Source of the DNA: Nitrospirota bacterium
GTDB lineage: Bacteria > Nitrospirota > Thermodesulfovibrionia > Thermodesulfovibrionales > Dissulfurispiraceae
Reading direction: 5' to 3'
DNA: 64,000 nt
Assembly (NCBI GenBank): GCA_040754455.1
Contig: JBFMCP010000013.1
Location: 1-64,000 of the forward strand
In this document: one piece after another, positions 9,648-18,615 of the stretch
Position numbering within the stretch: the first letter of the stretch is position 1
Layout: each line of letters starts with the position of its first letter
Translations under genes and position numbers: made by a program
Notes under the pieces: generated by a model
Databases searched by the model: none
Seen by the model: only the letters and a program-made list of their open reading frames with translations
What the model was told of the DNA's origin: nothing

Positions 9648-10385
9648 CTACGCCGGAAGAGGATCTTTCAAGCCTGCTTCTTTAAAACCCTTTGCTCTGA
9701 TGAGGCAGCTGTCGCACCGGCCACAGGGAACGAAATCACCCCATCCCCCCTTTACTAAAGGGAGGATTATCGGTTGCGGATCGTAGCAGCTCCATGTCAG
9801 AGAGTAATCCAGTCCCAGCTCGGTTCCTTTTTTGATGATCTCCGATTTCGTTAGATAGAGAAGCGGGGCCTTAATAGCAAACTTTACCTTGCCCTCTGTC
9901 GAGACCTTCGTCGAGAGGTTTGCCATCGTCTCAAAGGCCTTGAGATATTCCGGCCTGCAGTCAGGATAGCCGCTGTAATCTATGGCGTTCGCACCGATAA
10001 AGATGTCCGGTGCTTCGAGCACCTCGGCCCAGGACAGGCCGAAGGAAAGAAAGATGGTGTTGCGTGCAGGAACATAGGTGATGGGAATTTCGGATTTTTC
10101 TGTATCCCGGCTTCCGGCTTCTGAATTCCGGATTCTGTTTTTCGGCACGTCAATGTCCGACGTCAGCGCTGACCCGCCGATCTCGCGGAGATCGAATTTT
10201 ATGATAAGCTGTTTCTTCACGCCGAGGCTTTCTGCCACCCTTCTGGCAGATTCCAGCTCGACCCGGTGGCGCTGGGCGTAGTCAAAGCTCAGTGCATAGA
10301 TCTCATACCCCTCTGCTTTTGCAATTGCAGCGGTGGTTGAGGAATCGACCCCGCCACTTAATAGAACTACCGCTCTCTTAGACAT
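9648..10385 (-). CDS. queC: 7-cyano-7-deazaguanine synthase
   Basis: [28 protein letters not shown]...CGRCDSC; carries two repeat-derived insertions. Confidence 0.95.
   Translation of the reverse strand: MSKRAVVLLSGGVDSSTTAAIAKAEGYEIYALSFDYAQRHRVELESARRVAESLGVKKQLIIKFDLREIGGSALTSDIDVPKNRIRNSEAGSRDTEKSEIPITYVPARNTIFLSFGLSWAEVLEAPDIFIGANAIDYSGYPDCRPEYLKAFETMANLSTKVSTEGKVKFAIKAPLLYLTKSEIIKKGTELGLDYSLTWSCYDPQPIILPLVKGGWGDFVPCGRCDSCLIRAKGFKEAGLKDPLPA
9733..9768. repeat. 36-bp palindromic element inserted in-frame in queC
   Basis: AAATC-N13-TTTACTAAAG-N5-ATT with a CCTTTACTAAAGG core; 26/36 identical to 54528-54563. Confidence 0.75.
10107..10137 (-). repeat. Heptamer-periodic repeat inserted in-frame in queC
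   Basis: Coding strand CAGAATCCGGAATTCAGAAGCCGGAAGCCGG, 28/31 identical to 54484-54514. Confidence 0.8.
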
Positions 10386-10394
10386 ATCTTTCCA

Positions 10395-10526
10395 AAATCC
10401 TAAATTCTAATATCGAAATCCTGAGCACCAAATCCTAAACAAATTTGAAATTCCAATTCCCAAAACATATTTTGAATTTTGATCATCGGGACTTGTTGAG
10501 GATTTCGATATTAGAACTTAGGATTT
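10395..10526. repeat. 132-bp MITE-like element with 28-bp terminal inverted repeats
   Basis: AAATCCTAAATTCTAATATCGAAATCCT (10395-10422) vs reverse complement of 10499-10526: 27/28 match. Confidence 0.8.
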
Positions 10527-11176
10527 GTCTTTTCCCCTATTTTGCTTTCCGTTCCCCGGATAAGTCGCTTGATGTTGGCTCTATGCTTTATTAATATCAA
10601 AGTCATCATGGCCACTGCAACATAGACCTTCTCCAATGAATAATCGAGCATATAGAAGGTCAGCGGCAGAAGGGCAAAGGCAACCAGCGCGCTCAGAGAA
10701 GAGTAACGGGTCCGTTTGGCGGTCATGAGCCAGATCATTATGGTGAAGAGTCCTACGTAAGGGGAGAGGATGAGCAGAACGCCGAGGCTCGTGGCAACGC
10801 CTTTGCCGCCTTTCCCCTTGAGGAAGATCGAGAAATCATGTCCCAGGATGGCGGCAAGCCCGAGCAGGCCTTCGATTGCGGCAGGAGATGTTGCCATTGT
10901 CGCCGGCAAAATTCCTTCAGCGGAAACGGCGTATCCCCACTGCGCTATCTCTCTGTAGATGAGAAGAGGGAGTGCCCCTTTTGCCATGTCGCCCAACAAC
11001 GTAAGCAGCGCTGCTTCTTTGCCGACTGCCCTCATCACATTGGTGGCGCCGATATTGCCGCTGCCGACTTTTCTCAGATCGACGTTTTTGCTCTTTGCAA
11101 CCACCAGCCCTGTCGGGATCGAGCCGATTATAAAGGAGATGAGCAGGAGCGCGATAATCACTGGACTCTCTTCCAA
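10511..11176 (-). CDS. plsY: Glycerol-3-phosphate acyltransferase PlsY
   Basis: GSIP, GSGNIGATN, GH.FSIF.KGKGGKGVAT, KHRANIKRL..GTE. Confidence 0.95.
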   Translation of the reverse strand: MEESPVIIALLLISFIIGSIPTGLVVAKSKNVDLRKVGSGNIGATNVMRAVGKEAALLTLLGDMAKGALPLLIYREIAQWGYAVSAEGILPATMATSPAAIEGLLGLAAILGHDFSIFLKGKGGKGVATSLGVLLILSPYVGLFTIMIWLMTAKRTRYSSLSALVAFALLPLTFYMLDYSLEKVYVAVAMMTLILIKHRANIKRLIRGTESKIGEKTNPKF

Positions 11177-11694
11177 AAAGAGATGGTGTATTGGACACCT
11201 GAAACAATGGCGAGCACCAGGGCGATATACATCAGGAGCAGGCCCAGATCGTAAAAATCCACCGCTCCGATTCCGCCCGGCAGGAAAAGGAGCACGATGG
11301 AGGTCATCTGCGTTGCTGTCTTGATCTTTCCTCCCGCCTCAGCGGGTATGACAATATTTTTTGAGAGGGCAACGACTCTCAGTGCGGTCACTACGAATTC
11401 TCTCACGATAATGATAATGGCAATCCAGGCAGAGAGCCGTACCATGTCGACGAGCAGGATCAGGGCGGAAATGACGAGAAACTTGTCCGCTATAGGATCG
11501 AGGATGATGCCGAACTTCGTTATCTGCCCCGATCTCCGTGCAAGATAGCCGTCGAGAAAATCGGTGGCAGAGGCGATGAGGAAGATGCCTATTCCCCAGT
11601 AGGGGCTTCCCGGTGTTACCAGCAGGAAGAAGGGGATCAGGATGATCCTGCTGAAGGTGAGAATCGTGGGGAGGTTAAACTTGATGGTACTCAT
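11158..11694 (-). CDS. pgsA: CDP-diacylglycerol--glycerol-3-phosphate 3-phosphatidyltransferase
   Basis: NLPTILT..R, TDFLDGYLAR..GQIT.FG.ILDPIADK, GKIKT; ATG at 11694 chosen as start. Confidence 0.93.
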   Translation of the reverse strand: MSTIKFNLPTILTFSRIILIPFFLLVTPGSPYWGIGIFLIASATDFLDGYLARRSGQITKFGIILDPIADKFLVISALILLVDMVRLSAWIAIIIIVREFVVTALRVVALSKNIVIPAEAGGKIKTATQMTSIVLLFLPGGIGAVDFYDLGLLLMYIALVLAIVSGVQYTISFWKRVQ

Positions 11695-12247
11695 TGAGGA
11701 GTCTTTCCCACATGCCGTTTGCTTTGAGGAGGAGATCACAGATTTCCCGTACCGCTCCCCTGCCGCCGCGTGCCCTGGTAATCAGGAGCGCCGCTTCCTT
11801 TGCCTCTTCTGTTGCATCGGCAACCGCAACAGGAAGGCCGACGCGCCTGAAGAGGGGAATGTCCACCACATCATCGCCGATATAGGCGACCTCTTTATCG
11901 GAAATGCTGAACTTTTTAAGGAGCTCTTCATAAGCGGTCACTTTTTTATGGCACTTCTGATAGACCTCCGCGATCCCCAGTTCTCTGGCCCTTCTGTCGA
12001 CCACCTTTGAGTCTCTCCCTGTTATTATTGCCACAGGGATTCCCGCCTTCTTCAACATCACGATGCCGTGCCCGTCCCTTACATTGAATACCTTGAATTC
12101 GTTCCCCTTATTGTCAAGGATAATCCCCCCATCAGTGAGCACGCCGTCGACATCGAGGGCGAGGAGTTTGATACGCTTGGCGATCTCGGTTATTTTTTTG
12201 GAACCATTTTTGCTGTGTGCCGATGGGCCTTTTGCTTTCTGTGTCAT
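11675..12247 (-). CDS. kdsC: KDO-8-phosphate phosphatase (HAD family)
   Basis: LDVDGVLTDG, FNVRDGHG, YIGDDVVD, GGRGAVRE. Confidence 0.93.
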   Translation of the reverse strand: MTQKAKGPSAHSKNGSKKITEIAKRIKLLALDVDGVLTDGGIILDNKGNEFKVFNVRDGHGIVMLKKAGIPVAIITGRDSKVVDRRARELGIAEVYQKCHKKVTAYEELLKKFSISDKEVAYIGDDVVDIPLFRRVGLPVAVADATEEAKEAALLITRARGGRGAVREICDLLLKANGMWERLLNEYHQV

Positions 12248-13212
12248 GCGATGCCCTGCTTCAGTATGTCATGCATATGGATGATGCCCTTTGCCCTGCC
12301 TGCGGCATCGGGTACAACGAGCGAGGTGATCGTTTTCTCTTCCATGATGGAGAGGGCTTTTGCGGCAAGCTCATCCTCATGTATGGTCCGGGGATTTCTT
12401 GTCATGATCTCCTCAGCCTTCATATCGAAGAAGGACTTTCCCCATTTCTCGATGCCCCGGCGCAAGTCGCCGTCGGTAACAATGCCGAGTATCTTCATGT
12501 CGATATCCGTTACAACGGTAACACCGAGCCTCTTGGAAGATATTTCCATGAGCACCTTGGTCATGGGGGTGTCATTGAATACCATGGGCAGGGCGTCTCT
12601 CGTGTGCATAAGGTCCTTCACCCGTATCAGCAGCTTTTTCCCGAGACTGCCGCCGGGATGGAAGAAGGCGAAGTCCTCTTTTTTAAATCCCCGTTTCGTC
12701 AACAGAGCAACGGCGATCGCATCACCCATGGCAAGAGCAGCGGTGGTCGAAGCAGTCGGAACGATCCCGAGGGGACAAGCCTCCTCGGAGATGGAGACGT
12801 CGAGAGCGACATCGGCGTTTTTCGCGAGGGTCGAATCAGGTTTGCCCGACAGGGAGATCACGCTTACGTTGAACCGCTCGAAAAAGGGCAGCAATCCCAC
12901 GAGCTCTTCGGTCTCGCCGCTGTTCGAGATGGCGATGATGACATCATCCGAGGTGACCATGCCGAGATCGCCGTGGCCAGCCTCGGCAGGGTGCATGAAG
13001 AAGGCGGGGGTGCCGGTAGAGGTCAGTGTGGCCGCGATCTTTTTCCCTACAAGCCCCGACTTGCCCATACCGGTAACGATGACCCTGCCCTTGCTGTGGT
13101 AAATGAGGTCAATCGCCCTCTCGAAACCGTCATCGAGTTTGTCGATCAGGGCAGCAACGGCCTCCGCCTCTATTTTTAAAACCTTTTTTGCAACATCTGA
13201 GATATTTTCCAT
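12244..13212 (-). CDS. kdsD: Arabinose-5-phosphate isomerase, KpsF/GutQ family (SIS plus CBS domains)
   Basis: GMGKSG, HGDLG, SNSGET, PTASTT, HPGGSLG, TDGDLRR. Confidence 0.95.
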   Translation of the reverse strand: MENISDVAKKVLKIEAEAVAALIDKLDDGFERAIDLIYHSKGRVIVTGMGKSGLVGKKIAATLTSTGTPAFFMHPAEAGHGDLGMVTSDDVIIAISNSGETEELVGLLPFFERFNVSVISLSGKPDSTLAKNADVALDVSISEEACPLGIVPTASTTAALAMGDAIAVALLTKRGFKKEDFAFFHPGGSLGKKLLIRVKDLMHTRDALPMVFNDTPMTKVLMEISSKRLGVTVVTDIDMKILGIVTDGDLRRGIEKWGKSFFDMKAEEIMTRNPRTIHEDELAAKALSIMEEKTITSLVVPDAAGRAKGIIHMHDILKQGIA

Positions 13213-13247
13213 CGCATACCCTTTACATCCTCTTGTTCACGATACAT

Positions 13248-13712
13248 CTACCAGATGAACTGGCACCGCAGCCATCCCGGAGGGATACCCTTGCGATGTG
13301 CTTCTTCCTCAAGATCACTTAAATCTCTCTCCCGCATCCTCAGCTCTTTTCTGGCACGTTCCAGATTTTTTTGAGCCTGGCTGATCTTCTTCTTGTCTTT
13401 GGGCTTCAATCCGGAAAGTTTGTTTTCCGCCTCTTTAACATTGTCTTCTGCCTCTTCGATCCCTTTCCTGTACGCAGTGGCCTTTTTGCACCAGTAGTCC
13501 TTCTCCTTCTGGCTTTCCGCACCTTTTGCCTGTTCCTTTAGCTCTCTTGCTACAGGAGCTTTCGCATCCCGTGCTATCTTGTCAGAGGGTTTGCGGTACT
13601 TCTCGATGTCCTCATTGGTATAGACGACGCTTTCCCCTCTCCCGGTGCTTCCCGTAAAGAACAGACCGACCAAAACGCATGCCGCAAAAGCGATGAATCC
13701 CCTGGAAACCAT
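13248..13712 (-). CDS. Hypothetical exported coiled-coil protein
   Basis: Signal-like N-terminus, YTNEDI motif, Lys/Glu-rich helix, C-terminal GIPPGWLR; located inside the kds operon. Confidence 0.7.
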   Translation of the reverse strand: MVSRGFIAFAACVLVGLFFTGSTGRGESVVYTNEDIEKYRKPSDKIARDAKAPVARELKEQAKGAESQKEKDYWCKKATAYRKGIEEAEDNVKEAENKLSGLKPKDKKKISQAQKNLERARKELRMRERDLSDLEEEAHRKGIPPGWLRCQFIW

Positions 13713-13736
13713 TTTCAATACCCCCCCTGTATTGAT

Positions 13737-14552
13737 TTATCGAGATAAAAGCATGTAGATATCCTTTATTGTCTGCAGCAGACGGGGCAGGGTATCGAGC
13801 GGTATCATATTCGGCCCGTCGCATAATGCCCTGTCGGGGTCAGGATGGACCTCCATGAACAACCCGTCAATCCCTACAGCTACCGCAGCCCGTGCAAAAG
13901 CTTCGGCGAATTCTCTCTGCCCTCCTGATGAGCTGCCCTGTCCGCCCGGGAGCTGAAGGCTATGGGTGACGTCGAAGATCACGGGAAAGCCGAACGATCT
14001 CATAATGGGCAGGCCCCTGAAATCGACTACAAGGTTGTTATAACCGAAAGAGGTACCTCGCTCGGTGAGGAGCAGGCTTCTGTTTCCTGTTGAGGTGAAC
14101 TTCTCGATGATGTTTTTTACATCCCAAGGAGCGAGGAACTGTCCTTTTTTGATATTCACCGGCTTGCCGGTATTCGAAGCAGCCAGGATCAGATCCGTCT
14201 GCCTGCAGAGGAACGCCGGAAGCTGTAGGACATCGAGGACTTCCGAGGCAATCTTAATCTCCTCCACGGAATGGCTGTCGGAGAGCACGGGAACGCCGAA
14301 CCTGCTTTTTACGTCCGCCAGTATCCTTAGACCCTTTTCGATCCCCGGCCCTCTATAGGAAGCGACCGAGGTGCGGTTGGCTTTGTCATAGGAGCTCTTG
14401 AAGACAAAAGGCAATCCGGCAGCGCTGCACATCGCTTTGAGCTTTTCCGCAGTATGGAAAGTAACCTCAGCGCTCTCGATCACGCAGGGGCCTGCAATGA
14501 TGAGCGGGAGTCGATTATCGCCGATGGTTATGTCATGTATCTTTACTGCCAT
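13737..14552 (-). CDS. kdsA: KDO-8-phosphate synthase
   Basis: IAGPCVIES, KSSYDKANRTS, PAFLCRQT, KKGQF, DVTHSLQ, CDGP. Confidence 0.97.
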   Translation of the reverse strand: MAVKIHDITIGDNRLPLIIAGPCVIESAEVTFHTAEKLKAMCSAAGLPFVFKSSYDKANRTSVASYRGPGIEKGLRILADVKSRFGVPVLSDSHSVEEIKIASEVLDVLQLPAFLCRQTDLILAASNTGKPVNIKKGQFLAPWDVKNIIEKFTSTGNRSLLLTERGTSFGYNNLVVDFRGLPIMRSFGFPVIFDVTHSLQLPGGQGSSSGGQREFAEAFARAAVAVGIDGLFMEVHPDPDRALCDGPNMIPLDTLPRLLQTIKDIYMLLSR

Positions 14553-14691
14553 TGAAGTTCCTGCAAATTTACCGTGTATTATATCACTAAGGTAGTATTA
14601 TTTGCAGGAGGGGAGTAAGCGCTTTTTATATGATATAATTTTGAAGGATTGACGGCTGTTTGGGGTAACCTGACATGCTACGGAGGCGATA

Positions 14692-15594
14692 ATGAACCGT
14701 AGGGATTTTTTGAAAGCCGCAGCAATAGCCGGTGCCGGGCTCTCGCTTCCCCACACGTTTAACGCTCTCATCGGATCGGCAGAAGCGGCAGGCAGCATTG
14801 ATCTTGCCGTTGTTTCCGGAGCATCCCCTGCGAGGATCGTTGCCGCTGCTATCGATGCCATGGGAGGGATAAAGCGATTTGTAGCAAGAGGCGATATCGT
14901 TGTCGTTAAACCCAATATGGGGTTTGACAGGACGCCCGAGTATGCGGCAACGACCAATCCGGATGTGGTTGCCGCGGTGGTCAAGCTTTGCTTTGAGGCG
15001 GGCGCAAAAAAGGTGAAGATATTTGACCGTTCGGTGAACGATCCGCGGAGGTGCTATGTGCAGAGCGGCATTGCGGGTGCAGCTGGGGCATTGGGAGCGG
15101 AGGTGAGCTATATTGATGAGAGGAAATTCAAGGATTTCTCCATAAAGGGAGAAGCGCTCAAGACATGGCCCCTCTACACCGAACTCTTCGAGGCGGACAA
15201 AGTCATCAACATCCCCATTGCGAAGCACCACAGTCGCGCAAAGCTCACGATGTCGATGAAAAACTGGATGGGGGTGATGGGAGGCTCACGGAGCATGATC
15301 CATCAGAAGCTCGATGAGAGCCTCGTCGATCTCGCCCTGGTCATCAAGCCTACACTGACCATTCTCGATGCGGTGCGTATCATGACCGCAAACGGTCCCC
15401 AGGGAGGCAGTCTGGAGGATGTAAAGCGGCTCGATACCGTGATCGTCGGTATCGATCAGGTTGCGGTAGATTCCTATGGCGCCACCCTCTTTGGTATGAG
15501 GGGCGGCGATCTCGGATATGTGAAAAAGGCTGCCGGCCGCGGGCTCGGGGTAATGGATCTTTCGAAGTTGAATGTTCAGAAGATAGCTGTTTAG
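14692..15594 (+). CDS. Tat-exported DUF362-family protein
   Basis: MNRRDFLK twin-arginine signal; VVVKPN, TTNPDVV, INIPIAKHH, KNWMG, GPQGG, DQVAVD. Confidence 0.85.
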   Translation: MNRRDFLKAAAIAGAGLSLPHTFNALIGSAEAAGSIDLAVVSGASPARIVAAAIDAMGGIKRFVARGDIVVVKPNMGFDRTPEYAATTNPDVVAAVVKLCFEAGAKKVKIFDRSVNDPRRCYVQSGIAGAAGALGAEVSYIDERKFKDFSIKGEALKTWPLYTELFEADKVINIPIAKHHSRAKLTMSMKNWMGVMGGSRSMIHQKLDESLVDLALVIKPTLTILDAVRIMTANGPQGGSLEDVKRLDTVIVGIDQVAVDSYGATLFGMRGGDLGYVKKAAGRGLGVMDLSKLNVQKIAV

Positions 15595-15598
15595 ACCG

Positions 15599-17164
15599 AT
15601 GCGGAATCTCCGGCGCATAGTGCAGGGACTGTTCCTGCTGCTCTTTCTTTTTCTTTTTATTCAGACCGAATCAAAAGGGGTGGACGAGCTCGGCTACCCG
15701 GTGAAGCTCTTCCTCGATTTCGACCCCCTGATTTTTCTGACCACGGTCCTCTCTGCCCATGCGGTGGCAAAAGCCTTCTATCTCTCGATAGTCGTTATTG
15801 CCCTCACCATCCTCTTAGGACGGGTATTCTGCGGATGGATCTGTCCGCTGGGGACGCTCAACAATATCGTCAGCTCTTTGAGAAAGAAGCGCACCCCCGC
15901 GGTGAGCAGAAACTGGCACAAAGCGAAATATTATATTCTCATCTTCCTTTTGGCATCTTCTCTTTTTACGCTCCAGCTCGTCGGAATCATGGACCCGCTC
16001 TCGCTCCTCATCAGATCGCTCTCACTCAGTATCTATCCCGCATTCAACGGCGCGGCGAGAGCGGTGTTCGATACGATCTATAGCTCAAATGTAAAAGGGC
16101 TCGTCGATGTTTCTGAATTTTTCTATACGCTGTTCAAGAAGAGTATTCTCGCCTTTCAGCAGCCACTCTATTACCAGGGTGCATTGATCGGCGCCCTCTT
16201 CCTCGGCATTCTGGCGCTGAACCTTGTTGAAAAGAGGTTCTGGTGCAGATATCTCTGTCCTCTCGGCGCGCTGCTTGGCGTCTTCTCCCGCTCCTCTCTC
16301 CTCAAAAGATCGGTCAGCGAGGGCTGCACATCGTGTGGCGCCTGCGATGCGGTCTGTCAGGGAGGCGCCGCTCCTGACAAGAAAGAGGAATGGCGGGATG
16401 CGGAGTGCTTCTACTGCCTGAATTGTGACGATGTCTGTCCGGAGAATGCCATCAGCTTCGGCTTTGCCGGGAAAAAAACCGCTGCAGTGATGGACCTCGG
16501 AAGGAGAAGGGTGGTGACCTCAATGGCTGCCGGTGCTATCGCCGTACCATTGCTCAGGACCAGCCCGCTCTTGAAACCGGGTGGCCCCGATCAGAAGCTC
16601 TTAAGGCCGCCGGGCTCGCTCGATGAAAAGGAATTCCTGAAGCGGTGCGTCAAGTGCGGCGAGTGCATGAAGGTCTGCATCACCAACGGTCTCCAGCCGA
16701 CACTGCTGGAGGCAGGACTCGAGGGCATCTGGTCCCCTCTGCTGGTACCGCGGATCGGCTACTGCGAATACCGCTGCACTCTCTGCGGCCAGGTCTGCCC
16801 TACAGGGGCGATAAGAAGGCTGGAGCAGAAAGAAAAGGCAAAGGTACGGATCGGGACGGCGATGGTCGACCGAAGCAGGTGCCTCCCCCATGCGCATGCG
16901 ACGCCCTGCATCGTCTGCGAAGAGGTATGCCCGACGCCGAAAAAAGCGATATGGCTGGACAAGGTAACGGTAAAGGACCGAGAGGGAAAAGAGGTCATCG
17001 TAGAGCAGCCACGCGTGGACCTCGAACTCTGCATCGGCTGCGGTATCTGCGAGACAAAGTGCCCTGTGCTCGGCCAACCCGCGATCCATGTAACGAGCAT
17101 CGGCGAATCGCGCTCAAAGGAAAATCAGCTTTTGATGAATTCTGGGATTGATAAGGTATACTAA
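15599..17164 (+). CDS. Membrane polyferredoxin (NapH/MauN-like fused to NapG/MauM-like)
   Basis: GRVFCGWICPLG and RFWCRYLCPLG motifs, TM helices, LRPPG, multiple CxxCxxCxxxCP motifs. Confidence 0.88.
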   Translation: MRNLRRIVQGLFLLLFLFLFIQTESKGVDELGYPVKLFLDFDPLIFLTTVLSAHAVAKAFYLSIVVIALTILLGRVFCGWICPLGTLNNIVSSLRKKRTPAVSRNWHKAKYYILIFLLASSLFTLQLVGIMDPLSLLIRSLSLSIYPAFNGAARAVFDTIYSSNVKGLVDVSEFFYTLFKKSILAFQQPLYYQGALIGALFLGILALNLVEKRFWCRYLCPLGALLGVFSRSSLLKRSVSEGCTSCGACDAVCQGGAAPDKKEEWRDAECFYCLNCDDVCPENAISFGFAGKKTAAVMDLGRRRVVTSMAAGAIAVPLLRTSPLLKPGGPDQKLLRPPGSLDEKEFLKRCVKCGECMKVCITNGLQPTLLEAGLEGIWSPLLVPRIGYCEYRCTLCGQVCPTGAIRRLEQKEKAKVRIGTAMVDRSRCLPHAHATPCIVCEEVCPTPKKAIWLDKVTVKDREGKEVIVEQPRVDLELCIGCGICETKCPVLGQPAIHVTSIGESRSKENQLLMNSGIDKVY

Positions 17165-17168
17165 CCAT

Positions 17169-17324
17169 ATGAAGATGGAGAAACACGAAACATTCGGGAT
17201 GGTGGGAAATCCATCGAAGCTCCCAAAGAAGCCGGGCAAATGGCAGTCCAGCTTTTTCATTGTTGCGGTACTTGTGCTTGCGTTAATTGCGGGGGTAGGG
17301 GTAGCGCTTCGATTCCTCCTGTAG
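17169..17324 (+). CDS. Small (51 aa) protein with a C-terminal transmembrane helix; not in the ORF track
   Basis: MKMEKHETFGMVGNPSKLPKKPGKWQSSFFIVAVLVLALIAGVGVALRFLL*; starts 4 nt after the upstream stop, with AAGGT upstream. Confidence 0.6.
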   Translation: MKMEKHETFGMVGNPSKLPKKPGKWQSSFFIVAVLVLALIAGVGVALRFLL

Positions 17325-17404
17325 CTTCGCGGAAGACGACACCGGACCGGGATAGTTGCCCGACGGTTCTCCTGTCGCGTGCTGCAGTTTCTGTATAATA
17401 GAAC

Positions 17405-18004
17405 ATGGCTATAGGTGAGGAAAATGTATGGGAAACCCTTGCGGGCCTTGCGCCGGAAGAGGTCTGCAGGAGAACGGATGTGACGTTCGACGCTGCATCA
17501 GGCAGGTATGCCCTCAAGATATTCGGCATAGAATTCTTTGTTGCTCCCCTGGAGAGAGAGATTTCGAGCCGCTCTCCTCAAGGAGATGCCCTCCTCAAAA
17601 AGCTGGGATTCTTTCTCAGGTCCTCAGCTCTCGGTTATCTTACTGTTGCAAAAGACATCGGCCTCACCGGTCGCCTTGTGAGTCCTCTGAGCATGAAGAG
17701 CGGACAGCTCTTCTTCCGGGGGGCCCACGAGCTTCCGCTCGAGCAGGTCGCCGAAAAATATGGAAGCAATAGAGAGGCGTTTCTGGGAAAGGGCAGAGAG
17801 CTTGGCGGCACGTATCTTGCGCATGGCGATGCTTCTTTTGAACTATTCCCTCTATCAGGTGTCCCTGCCGTGATGATCCTCTGGCTCGGGGATGAGGAGT
17901 TCCCTCCGCGGGTCGATCTGCTCTTTGACGCGGCGAGCGAGATCCGGTTCCCTATCGACGCGATCTGGGCGATCGCCATGATGTGTACGCTGGCGGTTCT
18001 TTAG
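17405..18004 (+). CDS. DUF3786-family protein
   Basis: GQLFFRGAH, GDAS...P, LWLGDEEFPPRV.LLFD pattern. Confidence 0.75.
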   Translation: MAIGEENVWETLAGLAPEEVCRRTDVTFDAASGRYALKIFGIEFFVAPLEREISSRSPQGDALLKKLGFFLRSSALGYLTVAKDIGLTGRLVSPLSMKSGQLFFRGAHELPLEQVAEKYGSNREAFLGKGRELGGTYLAHGDASFELFPLSGVPAVMILWLGDEEFPPRVDLLFDAASEIRFPIDAIWAIAMMCTLAVL

Positions 18005-18013
18005 ATGTCTCGC

Positions 18014-18349
18014 TTATTTGATGATCGGTTCGACCTCAAAGGCCAGCACGCCGTGCGGCGGCTCTTCGTGGAGTCCTATCGAGAGCAGCTTCTTCAATAC
18101 CTCGTCAGCACTCTTCGCACCAGGAACAATTCTCCGGTAATCCTCATGATGGATTAAATCAACGAGGCCCGGATACGCGCGGATATGCTTCACTATAACT
18201 TCAAGCGAGCGATAGCGGATCGTATCGCCTTTCCTCACATCGGCATAGCTCTCCGCATTTTCACGCACGTCTATATTTTTTTTGCCCTCCCTGATCGCTG
18301 CCTCCCATTCAGGCTCGATATTGAAATGAAAAGAAATTTTGGCTGTCAT
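18014..18349 (-). CDS. ASCH/PUA-like domain protein
   Basis: AIREGKKNIDVR, GDTIRY, C-terminal GVLAFEV. Confidence 0.7.
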   Translation of the reverse strand: MTAKISFHFNIEPEWEAAIREGKKNIDVRENAESYADVRKGDTIRYRSLEVIVKHIRAYPGLVDLIHHEDYRRIVPGAKSADEVLKKLLSIGLHEEPPHGVLAFEVEPIIK

Positions 18350-18615
18350 GGATGCCCCCTTTCACTGAGATGTCTATTTAAATTGTATTAAGAAACGGGC
18401 CAAATGTCTCTTTCTATTTACCGTCCGATTCCATAGACAAACGAGTACAAGGGCCCATGTTGAATTTTGAATATTTCTGTGCTCAAATTTAAGTAGAGAC
18501 TGTTCCTCATAGTACTTCAACGAAGATGCTTCTGCGATCACCTGTGCGCGTTGTCTGAGCGGGACTGCAACCGCCATTTACTCATACCGGAAAAAATGAT
18601 GCTGCAAAGGAGGTA

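Noticed and set aside
18589..18602. GG-N10-GC spacing upstream of the PEP-CTERM gene
   Set aside because: Poor match outside the dinucleotides, and the implied transcription start would fall downstream of the SD
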